This document shows, piece after piece, positions 39,587 through 51,619 of a DNA stretch of 64,000 nt; within the stretch, counting starts at the first letter, position 1; every line of letters starts with the position of its first letter. The stretch comes from Phallusia mammillata (Eukaryota): positions 8,494,001 through 8,558,000 of the forward strand of contig OZ281495.1 in the NCBI GenBank assembly GCA_965637545.1, written 5' to 3'. The position numbers were made by a program, and so were the translations under genes. The notes below the pieces were generated by a model. It had not been told where the DNA came from. It did no database searches and saw only the letters and a program-made list of their open reading frames with translations.

Positions 39587-40699
39587 TGTCTTCAGCAGTT
39601 ACTTGTAAAGCTTATGACTCCAAGTATACAAAGTATAACACTTGTTACGAATAGTGTTACTCATTTGCACTGGTTTGTCACTGCTTCTGATTGTTGCTGC
39701 GTCACTAGATGTTACTCATTTGTTTTTTGTTTCACCTTTGTTATCCTCTTTTAGTTTTTCCCATCTGCTTTGTGCTTGTTATAGTTCCCGTTAACATTAC
39801 TTTATTTTTTTATTGGGTTGAAATCACCGGCGCGCCGACTTGGTATTCCATTGCGTTGTCCTAATTGCACTTTACTCATTCACCTTTTTCTTTGAAACAT
39901 TTGCAATCAATCTCTGGAATAACTATTGCCATTTCCCCATCAAACGAGAGGGCGGTGCAACTGTGATCCGGCAGACTTGTTTGGTCGACATTTGAGTAAC
40001 ATGTACTTTTTTTGTGCCGACCTATGGTGCCATTTGGTCTCGTTTTTTTCATATAGTTAGGTGCAACTTAAGCCCATATTTTTTAATTTAAAGTGACCCT
40101 TATAGATTGCTTTTACAAAAATAACCAAAGCCCGAACTGCCTATCCGCCCTATGTGTTTGTGAAAACATTAATAGCATTGCGCGGTCCATTCATTGACTT
40201 GTCGTTATAGCTGCGCCCGGGACCTCAGGCGCAAAAACAATAGCGCGACAAATTCGTGAGCACGCCAGGATACTGCAGCCGGGCAGGATTGTGCGTTAAA
40301 CTGCCTACCAAATTAGTTGATTTTATTCTTGTGGCTTTAAACGTGTGCATGAAGTACCCTGTACTATAATCATTAATGATTTTAATAGTTACCGTGCAAG
40401 TGTGAAGTTGACAGACAAAACCCAAACATTCTTGTTACTTACTCATGCCGACAAAAACAAATTGTTGGAGTTTACCGACTTTTTTGCGCTAACGTATACA
40501 AGTACACTTTCAACAAATTTCTATCCAAAGCAACGAAACATAATTTTAACCACGCCAAGTACAGCGCCATAAAGGATAGAGTTCAACAACCGAACATATC
40601 CCCATGTCTTTGTATATGCACTCCATCCCTATTGTCACCAAAGGACTGTATGACAGGATTTTGGCTACTGGCGTACAGCAAAACGTTCGAGAGTGTATT

Positions 40700-40815
40700 T
40701 TTTTTCACGGGGTTCGAACCCAGGACTCTCCCGGGGACGAATCCCGATCAGGTTTTTTTGTGTCTGTATATGGGTCAGGCGCGCCAGACCATCCGGCCAA
40801 GTTCCTGCCCCGTTT
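40700..40815 (-). mobile_element. tRNA-derived retroposon or processed tRNA pseudogene with oligo-A tail
   Basis: Minus strand reads A-box TGGCCGGATGG, stem CCTGA/TCGGG, B-box GGTTCGAACCC, then A8. Flanked by an 11-bp direct repeat GAGAGTGTATT (40689-40699, 40816-40826). The paralogous region near 47700 shows the empty site. Confidence 0.75.
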
Positions 40816-41442
40816 GAGAGTGTATTGTCGCGGCAAATGTTGCCACAGGGGCCAGTGCCCTCTTCTGTGCACTTTTCGGTCTCAGTGTTAAAAAAACAAG
40901 AGACATCAGCAGATTAAATCCGCCACTCTATTTCATGTATATTTCTTTCGGCACTTGAAACTATCCGGCAGGATTTCTTGCGGTGGTTTCTTTATTTGTC
41001 GAACCCCATCCCTTTTTCCTACAATACGGGTTGTTAGTTTCTAGCCCCCCTCAACTGGTCTCACTAACATGCGCGACCAAAAGGTAATGAGCAAATTTTG
41101 TTTGAGTTTCTAATAAAGGGAAATAGTATTTTGGGGTCCGTGACTCCGTAGATTGAATTGATAGGTTTTGAACCACAGTTCTACTGCTTTATTTTTGATG
41201 TAGCTCAAATAGACACCTCTACTAGTTATAAGCTTACTGTGTATTTGTTTTCAAGAAATAAACACGCAAGCAATGCATACATTTAAAATGGCTTACATTA
41301 AACATTTTACCACATTTGGTAAAATTTGCCCATTAAGTTAGAACAACGTTAAAAACATCAAAACATGTAACAAGCGATAAATGCTGTATAAAGCGGAAGT
41401 GGGTTAAATACCCTTGTGTATTTCGTCATAATAGAATTCAAT

Positions 41443-44400
41443 TCAACAGTTAAAAAGTTTGGTTGTTACGTCATCAATCGCGATGTCACCGTGGAAATCC
41501 GAGCCTCTTGTTCCCTCAAAAACAACCTGAAAGGACTCCGTCGAAGTAATGGTGGCGCTTCCCAACGACCAAACGTCACCTGATAACATGGTTTAATTTT
41601 AACTGTATCACATATGAAATTGATATGGCCCGGTCTTATCTCATGCGCCAGGTTTTAACAAATAATGTGCCACAAAGCGTTGCTAAGTATGATCTAATTA
41701 ACTGTAACCAGACAGGCCCTTAATTTTGTATGTTATACCGAGGGCTTTGCTTGTTAAAACAAACACACACCTGTATCGAAAAATTGCAAATTAATTTTTG
41801 CGTTGCCTACTTGGTTATGAACCAATAACAAAAAAAAACAGTTGTTAAGTGTTACGTTAGTAATCGTGGCGACACTACACTGCTTCGTATCACAATAACC
41901 ACCGTTTAAACTAGATTGAAATGGACATAAAAAGAAAAAAGCTTTTAGCAAACCCTCCCAAAAATCCTTAAATTGTTGTTTGTTTTGTAAAACGGCACAA
42001 TCTATTTCCTTACTTTGGTTGCCGCTCAAGCTCCATACTACTTCGTTTGGAAGAGTTGGTCTCTTTAAATAGACTCCCAAGGTCCCAATGTCGATGCCCT
42101 ATATGCAAACAAATCCATGTAGTTTTTTATGTATTTGAAAAGGAGATTGATGGTGTACCCATTAGGTGTTTAAGAAATCTTACTAAATGTTTTTTTTTCT
42201 TTTAAATGCTGATGAATATTTAACTTTTGATTGTTTATCAAAATCCTTCGCGACTCCCAGGAAAAAGGCAACCCCCATGAGGGATGGACCCACAGATTCA
42301 AAACAAGTGTTTTAATACTTACATGCATATGGTAGTAAAACTGAAGACATTGACCTGTAAAAATTATCAATTTTTTATGTAAGTTGCAAATAGTATCCTG
42401 TGAAACACATGAAGACAGCAAATAACAAGTTAAAACACATACAGAGTTATAAATGAACCTGGACAAGCTAAAAAAGTACTAGAAGCTGGAAATGATACCA
42501 AATTTTCTCTAATTGTAATATATTGCGTTTGCAAACCTTTAAACCTACAATTAAGCCTTTGTCTAATATTTGTGCTTTGGATATAACTTTTATCTGTTAA
42601 TTTAGAAAATGTTTGTTTTATTTTGTGTAAAATTACATAACTGGATAATTTGTCCAACAGAAAAATAAATATGAGACAAAATTAAATCACTTTCTTACCA
42701 TTGGTTGGTGGCAACATTGGTGAAACAAGTCTTGCTTTGTCATGCAATTGTCGAGGACTGCTGGTTTCGATGTACATATAGTGACCTATTTTAAAATATT
42801 AATGAATCTAGTAAATAAATACACAACGTCCCTTCCTGGTAATCTTTTTTTAAATTTTATAACTTTGCTTTTTGTACAAAAGTATCAAGCTAATTTGAAA
42901 CTTGATTATTTTGCTGCATTTAATTTTCAGATCGTGTTACTAAATTGAACAAGTTTAAGTGTGTTTTTCTGCTGTTAGGTTGAAAAAATATCAAAGTTAT
43001 ATGGCATTTTTTAATTGGCATTGTTGATTAATTCCCCTTTTTTTCTTGCAGGGTACTTTAGTACTAACCTTCAGTAGTTGCAAATGTATGATCTGCACTT
43101 GGACCTGTACTATCTGAAGACGTGGACCCGTTATTTCTTGTCCAAGTAAAATCGGCGCTCAAATCATCAGTGAAGTTGCACAAACCACTTTCAAAGTTAC
43201 AACTAAAAGGTATCCCGACTAGAAAACAAGTACATAAACACCCATTTTAGGTTTTGTTCTGCCTCTAAATATTTTTTATTTTATTTAAATTCGTTTATTC
43301 CTTGGGCTCGAACTTAGTTAGGTGTTAGATTACGATGGTGGCGTGAATTAATATTTTCCAAAAGCACGTTGTGAGGTACAAAGTCACGGGTCACGTGATA
43401 GCGATGCAGATATATTGGGATAAAACCTTAAGATGAACTTACTTTGAAATCTCGAAGTGACCTGTGCTGAAAGTATGCCCAAGTAATCTGTAGCAACAAT
43501 TCAAAAAAGAATAAAAATCTACAACTTTTATTATTATTTCTTTGCCGTTTTGCAAGTAAATAGGGGAGACCGGGAATAGTTCGGAAACTGGGATACCCCG
43601 CATAATACTTATTACGTCAGTTCACAATATTGATTACAATCAGCTACACATTCAATACAAAGCAATACATCGTTTAGTAGCAAGTTTTGTTTTATTTAAT
43701 TGTAAATTGTAAATTAGCATAAGCATAATTATTATCAAAAAACCAGATTTTTAAATGAGATTCGTAAGGGTGTAGTTACACCGCACATGACTGCTAGATA
43801 CACCATAGAAAGTTTACACCATCTGCGTAAATGGAAACATAATAAGGAGATAAGAGTTTGGATGTTCGTTTTACCTTGTAAGTATGAAAGTTTCGATTCC
43901 ACGGTTGACATGTTGTGCTGCAATGTGTCTAAAAAAAGTTGACGAAACTGTTACAAATTAACGAGTTTCGCTTTTACTGTGTCAGGAGAAGTTAGGATAA
44001 CTTAAAAAGTGTTGGACAATGCCTATGAACTAGAGCAGGCTTCACCAAGCTTTATTCATGGCGGGCCTAAAAACACTACATATGACATAAGAGAGGAAAA
44101 AAGAAGAACTGCCTTGAACATTGTTATATTAAAATGACAGTCCGCTTTGCGGTACTTTAAGCGAGACTCGAAACCCAACAATCAACCTGTTTCAAGGAAG
44201 TATCTCAATTTTCTTTTCATGAGTAAACCTTTTGTTACTTATTTCTAAAAAAAACACAATCACCTTACGAAACCACATGCGCTATTTCTGGATCAATAAC
44301 CTTTCAAAACCTTTCTATACCGCTATTGTTTAGGATTAATCATTTTCCGCAACGAATTGTGTTAAGAGTTTGTAAGGGGTGAGGAATCACGTGATAGTCA

Positions 44401-46076
44401 AGATGTATCAGCTTTGTTTCAGCTCTGCCTTGATTTTTGTGAGTGAAACTTATTTTCTACAGCCATTTCTGGCCTATCACAAACGCTTTTCTAACCACAT
44501 TCCCACAGTGCATGACTTAAAATGCGTTATTGGTTTATGGTTTTCAAACAACGCTATTGCGAATAGCTTTGTATATATGCAAGTACACGGTTTAAAAATT
44601 CTTAACATCAAGCAAATGTTTTAGTCACTAACTTTGGTAATTTGTATGTTGTTCCTGAATAGATTCCAAACCTAAAAAATGAGTAGTTACTGGTGTCAAA
44701 TGAAGGTTTTAAAAGCAAGTAACTTTTTCAAAATTCTAAAATGTGGAACAGATAACAGTTTATGAATGTAATGGTCCAATCTTACCTTGTCTTGTTTTCA
44801 TTTCCACTTTTGCTGTAATCTAGTAAAAAACAAACGTATTTTAGATGTTCCGATCTTTCTTGGTGTTTTTATAGCAATGTAGGCCAACGTCGTTACAAAA
44901 GTTTAACTAACTAGCAAATGTTTGTCATAACTTAAAAAATAAGGTGCAAAGATTGATTCTTTGTTATAACGTTTCTTTACTGAACAAATCAACTTTTGCA
45001 CAATCGTACCGAGAAATGAAGGGCGACAAATCCGACAATGAAAATCAGGAGTGTGATGATTAGACTCAACCACATCAGTTTTCGATTGCTTTGGACGCTT
45101 TTATTGGTCTCCCTTATCATGGTTTCAAGTTTTTCGTTGTTTCTCACTCTGGTTAAGCTTTGCTTCGGTGGTGCACAATTTTCTGCAAAGCACAAGACAA
45201 AAGAAATATCACAGCACGGCATATGTAACTAAAAAACTAGGCACACAGTACGTACAAACAAAAATTGCGTTCTTTAGAGTAACGTCGACATTACGCAATG
45301 TTGTTACGTCAGCATATGATTTATATCAGTGGTCGGCAACCGCCGGTCCGCGGCCCGGTACGGTCCGTGACGAGTTCGTTACCGGGCCGCATAATTTTTC
45401 AGGTTAAATGCTATAAAACATTTTGCCCATGTATCCCGGGGATGATAATCTAATTAATGTGTTTTCATTGCTAAATATTTGTAGTTTTTTGAAGACCGGT
45501 CCGCGATAAAATTTCACTTTCAAAACCGGTCCGCAGTAGAAAAAAGGTTGCCGACCCCTGATTTATATGACATCAGATCGTAATGTAGCTAGGATATCCA
45601 ATGTCAATGTAAGAACATTCGTATTGTGTCTCAAAAGTGCGAAACTTTACGACATTTACACACAATAATGCAAATTTTAGGTCGAACCCAAATTTACAGG
45701 TGCCAAACCTGTTGCAAACCTGAACGTTTTTAAAGCCCAAATAATGGCCGGACGTTTAGTTAAGGAACCAATTTGCCAGATATACGCTGACATAAAAATA
45801 TCGAGATGTACGACAACGACAGGTTTCGAACTAACAACCTAACCTCGGCTGGATTTACTCTGTAGTGGTGCCCATAACTCATGTGCATAAGTGTGATACG
45901 GGTTTACATTATGTCGTCTCAGAGTAACAAAACGTTTATGTCAGGTCCATATCCAGCAAGGAGTTGAAACTGAATTTTACGGTTCAACTTTACGTAACAA
46001 AACAAAACAAATCCTGCGTACCATAACATTGTTCCTCCATTTCAATCCCAGGCCGGTCACGGTTCTGTGAACTCAT
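41443..46076 (-). CDS. G3: type II membrane protein, TM + short stalk + MAM domain, about 268 aa
   Basis: Exons 46022-46076, 45010-45182 (TM), 44786-44819, 43875-43928, 43069-43218, 42699-42785, 42323-42354, 42014-42098, 41443-41579; 807 nt, open. Same MAM exon structure as G2. Confidence 0.9.
45327..45560. mobile_element. hAT MITE in G3 intron 1
   Basis: Ends CAGTGGTCGGCAACC / GGTTGCCGACCCCTG. TSD ATTTATAT. Confidence 0.92.
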
Positions 46077-47840
46077 TGTCTTTACCAGTTGCTTGTAAAG
46101 CTTATCACTCAGACAAAGTATAACTCTTAATACTCACATCTATTTATTGTGTTTTAATCGGGGTACGAATAGTTGCTGCGCCTTCTGCTTTCTATGCGGT
46201 CTATGCTCTAACGAGTGTTTTTCTTCCGCGAAAAAATGCTTAGTCTGCATTTTGTACATCGGAGGGGATTTCCCTTCAAGAATGAGAGAAAACCTACCTA
46301 TGAGTTTGGAAAGACAGATTTTGATTTCCATCTGGAAAATGAATAAGCCGAAATAATTTAAGTGGGACGCAAACACGATTTGTGAGAATGTAGATGCAAG
46401 AAAAGGTACCGAGTACAGATTGACGTTGATTTTCTTTTTGAAATACTACGACACTTTGTCGCCCTCAAGTGCGCTTTGTTATTGAATGCGGACACGTATC
46501 GTTTTGATTACTTTACCTTTTTGCAAAGAAAAAAAGTATCGATTTGATCCACATCCTGCCGGTTCCCATATAGGTGAAAAGTTCGGGTTTAGATGTCCAT
46601 GTTTTTGTTCCTTTATCAACAATATCTTGGATTTCGTATAAGTGGTTTTAAAAAAAGTAGTTCTAGGTAAAAATGCCTAGTGTGGTAAAAATCGAGGCCC
46701 AAACCCGAAAGTATAATCCCGAATCCTCACCGAACCTAAACTCTTTGAAAAATAAAGCTCAAATGGGCCTGAAAGTTCGTGAAGTTATTGCACAAACATG
46801 ACCAGGCGTAATTTCGGGCCAAAATCATATCAGTTTCGTTCACATTTAAATCCAAACAAAGCACAACCGGACCCGAACCCAAACAGAAAAGTCCGGGCTA
46901 ACTTACTCTAGTAATATATGTTACGAATAATGTTACTTATTTGTTTGTTGCACTGTTTTATCGTTGCTTTTGTTTGTTGCTTTGTCACTACATGTGCAAA
47001 CCTTTCCAATTGATCTCGTTGTAACTTTTGTTTAAGTGCAACTTGAGCCCAATGTTGTAAATTGAATCGCGCCATTTACATTGCTTTTAAGAGAACTGCC
47101 AAAGTCAGTATTGCTTTTCCGACTTTGTGTTGAAAACATGATTTGTAGTTCGCGGCATATTTATAGATTTCACCGGATAGCCGATAGAGCAGTGTCCAAA
47201 ACCCTCGGCGCAATCCAAAACCTCGGAGCGCGCCAGAACGCTGTAATCAGAAAGGACCGCGCGCCTCTCTGCCGACCAAGGAAAATTTATTTATTTGTAT
47301 GATTTCAAATGTGTGTATGAACCCGTCTCTCTTTATGATCGGTGATGATTTTGATAGTTTTATTGAAGCTTATATTTCGCATCGTCCAAGCGTGAAATCG
47401 ACAGAAATAGTTAAAACTCACTTATTGCTTACGCATGTCGACAAAGATTTTTTGTATATATACAAAGACAAATTTGGTATGCAAAGAAAAGGAACATGAT
47501 TTTAACCACGCCAATCACTGCGCCATGTTCTTATGAATAGGGTGCAACAACCGAACGAGTCCTTACGTGCCTTTGTATATGTGCTTCAACCCCTGACGGT
47601 TAGAGGGTCCGTAAAGGCAAAAGATGCCAACGTCAAGAACGCGATGTTCGCTCAAGGGACAGGAGTTTAGCAATTGTCGTTGTGCAAAACGTAAAGTACC
47701 GAGAGTTTGTCGCCACGGCAAAGATGACCAAAGGCGTCCGGCCCCCCTTCTGTGCCTTTTCCAGTTTCAGGATTACAAAAGCAACCGGAGACCTCAGTTT
47801 ATTGACGCCAACTTATAGCAATGTATGTCATCTTTTAGAC

Positions 47841-48421
47841 CAGTGGTCTTCAACCTGTGGGTCGCGACCCCAAGTGGGGTGGCCTAAACTTTTTCTGGGG
47901 TCGCTATAAATTTAATTTATTGGCGTTTAAATTTATTACCCAAAAATGATGTTTTTTTTCTAGTTCGCAACCTTTGCCAATGTTTTACATTACAGCTTGG
48001 TACCTCGTGTCACAATCTAATCATTGTGATGCAATAATCCATCTAAAACACAAGTTGTCCAACCTGTTGTTACGCGATAGAGCCCCATGAATGACATATT
48101 GTCTCCAAAATAATACAGCGAGTTCAGGGAAAAATACATAAATTTACTCATTTCTGCCAACTGGTGAGATTTAACGCGAATTAGGTTGGCCAAATTAAAT
48201 AAAACTTGTGGGTACTTACATTTGAGCGTAATACTGCACACTGAATGCTAATATTTAAAGTCTACTTGAAAATTAAGTAGACAAATTTTCATGAAAATAG
48301 TTTTTGTTTCGGCATTGCATGAAGAATTTTTCACTATCTGAAAAAAATGGGGTCGCATGTAAATGTTGATTTAAATTTCTTATAAACTGGGGTCGCCTTT
48401 AAAAAAGGTTGAAGACCACTG
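47841..48421. mobile_element. hAT MITE
   Basis: Ends CAGTGGTCTTCAACCT / AGGTTGAAGACCACTG. TSD TTTTAGAC. Internal GGGGTCGC repeats. Confidence 0.93.
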
Positions 48422-49117
48422 TTTTAGACGAGGCACCATGCGTGGTATCCTGCCAATGGATGTACGAAACCTGATATGCACAATTACTCTGTACCAACAA
48501 GTTAGCCTACCATACAATAATGTTTTGCATGTAGTTTGCGAGAACATTTGGTTTAGAATTATGCATTTGTGAGACCGCACTGACAAACAAGCAAAGAATT
48601 CATTATGGTTGTTTGTAGTGCGGCAAAGCAATGTGCAACGTTACCCCGAGTGTCAAGAAAGTCGGTGAATACTAAGTTAATTCAGCAGCATGTTGTGTAA
48701 ATGCGCAGCATTCGGGAAATACTTTACCGGTCTGTACACTTGAAACACGGCGAACTTTGGATACTTGCCCTGGTGGATACAGGTACTTCGGTAATTGTTG
48801 TTCAAAAGCGCGTGTGGATTATCTGTCGCGAGTTCCCAGTATTGTTAGGTATTCTAATGCAGATGGTGGTGAACTACATATAAACGGACAATGTATCCTG
48901 AACGCGCTGAAGTCGGCAACATCATCAGTTTTTTGTGTACGTAATATCTAGCATTAAAGAAGATTGTACACTTGGTTTACAATTTCTTCAGCGCAACCTC
49001 TTTAAATGAACTGTATAGATTGAGGCTAATTCTTAGCTTTGCGTAGGTTCGCACGGGTATATAAGGATAAGGTAAAAAAATGATTTTTTTGCTAAACCTC
49101 ATTTTGCACAGTCGTAC

Positions 49118-50635
49118 CGAGAAATGAAAAGCGACAAATCCGACAGTGAAAATGAGAAGCGGAAAAATCAAACTCAACCACATCAGTTTTCGATTGCTTT
49201 GGACGCTTTTATTGGTCTCTCTTATCATGGTTTCAAGCTTTTCGTTGTTTCTCATTCTGGTGGTGCTTTGCTCTGGTGGTGCAAAGTTTTCTGGAAAGCG
49301 CAAGACAACAGAAATGTCACAAAACGGTATATGTAACTTAAGAATCGCCTTAGAAGCTTATGCGATCTATTATGTTTGAAATCTTGCAAAACCAGAACTT
49401 ACGTTCTTTGCAGCAATGTCAACACTGCGCAAATGCGTTCATTCACCGTATTGTTTATGACGACTTTAGTATAACTATATAGGGCAGTGGTTCTCAAACT
49501 TTTGTATTGTCGGGGCCAAATGGTAGTATTTCAAGTGTGTAGGGAGCCGCAAAAAAACGAAACCTGGAGAAAATCACTAAAGACTATTACCTTGAAAGCT
49601 AAAATATAAATGTTTGGTGGTTTTCTGAGGTCTGGTGCGAGCCGCAAAATAAGTAGTTGGGAGCCGCATGTGGCCCCGAAAACCGGGTTTGAGAACCACT
49701 GATATAGGGGGTTCCAACTTCCAATGTCAACAAAAAGAAAGACACATTGCAATTGCACTGCTGTAACAATGCAATTAGCGTTTGTTGTAAGTTTTGAGAA
49801 GAGGTGCAGAAAAATATGTACACCTTTGTATTAAGTTGGCTGTGGTAAAATCTACGACTGGGAGATCAAACACGCGGCTCACGGGCCAAGTGTATTTGTG
49901 CGACCCACGAAAAGGTATGTGTTTTACTCGGGCCGAATACAAAGCCCAGCCAGTGACTGCTGGACTCATTATTAGTGAAGGTATAGAGTTGGCTTAGATG
50001 CGACGTTTTAAAGGATTCTTGCAGTGGCTAGTTCGGCCCTCGACTCACTTTAAAAATTGTTGGCCCTCAAAATAATATTAGTTTGAGACTTTTGATCAAA
50101 GTAGTAAATATAAAATATAGTAAATTTACAAAGTAGTAAATATAACTGCAACTTAAAACAGCTTTAAACAAAAACCTCGCTGGTCGCCGAACATGACGTT
50201 TATAGTGATTCAGATTTGTAAGCGTTCCAACATAAAATCCCAATGCGATGGTGCCTTTAAAGCCCGAATTGAGACCGAATATGTAGCTTAGCATTAAGTT
50301 AACCAAAAAAAGCCTACATAAAATATATGCAGAATATATTAGGTACACAACAATTAAATTAATATACAACATGTGCGTGCCCATAATTAGGAATTAGCTA
50401 TTTATTCATTTATTTTATGATCTCATTTACTTAATCGCTTATAATTCCGGCTTCGAAAAAAGTCAGGTTAACAAAACGTTGTAAACTAAAAAATTAAGTC
50501 AGGTCCGTAACAAGTTTAAATTGAAAATTTCAAGTCCAACTTAAACTTCACCACACTTATACAAAACCAATCCTATGTACCATAACACCGTTCCTGCATT
50601 TCCATCCCGGGCTGGTCTCGGTTCTGTGCACTCAT
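49118..50635 (-). pseudogene. G4: orphan exon 1 + TM exon cassette (partial duplicate of G3, or alternative 5' module)
   Basis: Exon 50581-50635 (MSAQNRDQPGMEMQERCY) and exon 49118-49290 (TM LMWLSLIFPLLIFTVGFVAFHFS) are both intact with good splice sites. Similarity to G3 stops about 16 bp after the TM donor, and I found no downstream stalk or head exons before G3. Confidence 0.7.
49485..49701. mobile_element. hAT MITE in G4 intron 1
   Basis: Ends CAGTGGTTCTCAAAC / GTTTGAGAACCACTG. TSD ATATAGGG. Confidence 0.93.
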
Positions 50636-50984
50636 TGTCTTTAGCTGATGCTTGTAAAGCTTATCACTCACACAAAGTACTCCTCTTGATACTCAGCAGT
50701 ACATTTTTATGCTTTAATTAGGACTGGAATAGTTACAGCGCGTTCTGCTTTCCATACGGGCTGTACGTGTCTTATCGAGTCTTTTTTCTTCGCGTAAAAA
50801 TGCTTGTTCAGCATTATTTTATACATTGGAGGGGATTTCCCATTAGTGTTTAGAATGACGGTGATTTGCTCTTTTAATTAATATATGACTCTGTATCGCA
50901 ATCTGGTGTCAGTATTTTAAACTAGTGGCTCAAAAAGGGATTTTGCAGAAAAACTCTTTGTTTTTTTAACACAGACAGGTAAGG

Positions 50985-51470
50985 GTATTATTATTATTGT
51001 TATTATAGTTTCGCGCGCTCTTGATTTGGCAGCAAGATTTTTCCGCTTTTTTCTGTCTTTTGCGATGGCCATAATCTCCTACATTTTTAACGCTCTAATT
51101 CTTAGATCTTTGCGAAAAGTCTCCTTCCAGGTAAGGTTTGGCCTTCCTCTTCTTCTTTGCCCTTGCAGAGTCCAGCTCATAGCGATTTTCGGAGCCCGTT
51201 TGCCTGACATGCGTAACACTAACACATGTCCCGCAAATCTGAATCTCCGTGTTAACGCGATGGTACATGGAGGCTTTGTACCACAAATTCGGTACACTTT
51301 ATCGATTGCAATGTGGTCCTTTTATGTAATACTGTATTTTGGATTCTTTGGAGACAACGCTGATGGAAGACGTTTTTGTGTTTTTTCAGCTTGCCTGTCA
51401 TTTTCTTGGTTTCGCTTACAAAACAGTGGGCATCACAATGGACATTTACAGTGTGATCTTTACCACTCTT
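50985..51470 (-). mobile_element. Degenerate 3' fragment of an RTE-clade LINE
   Basis: Frameshifted translations ..SETKKMT..NVFHQRCLQRI.. and RRFRFAGHV..RMSGKRAPKIAMSW..G.RRRGRPNLTWKETFRKDL match the RTE ORF C-terminus. (TAA)n-type tail at about 50987-51006. Confidence 0.85.
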
Positions 51471-51619
51471 GAAACTTTGGAGCTTGACAAACAGAGTTGA
51501 GCGTTCGGAAAGCAGAAACAGCTTTTCCGATGCGGGCATTTATGTCTGCCTCCACATCGCCATCTGTTGCGAACACAATGCCCAGGTAGGTAAAGCTTGT
51601 GATGTTACAATGTCAGCAA

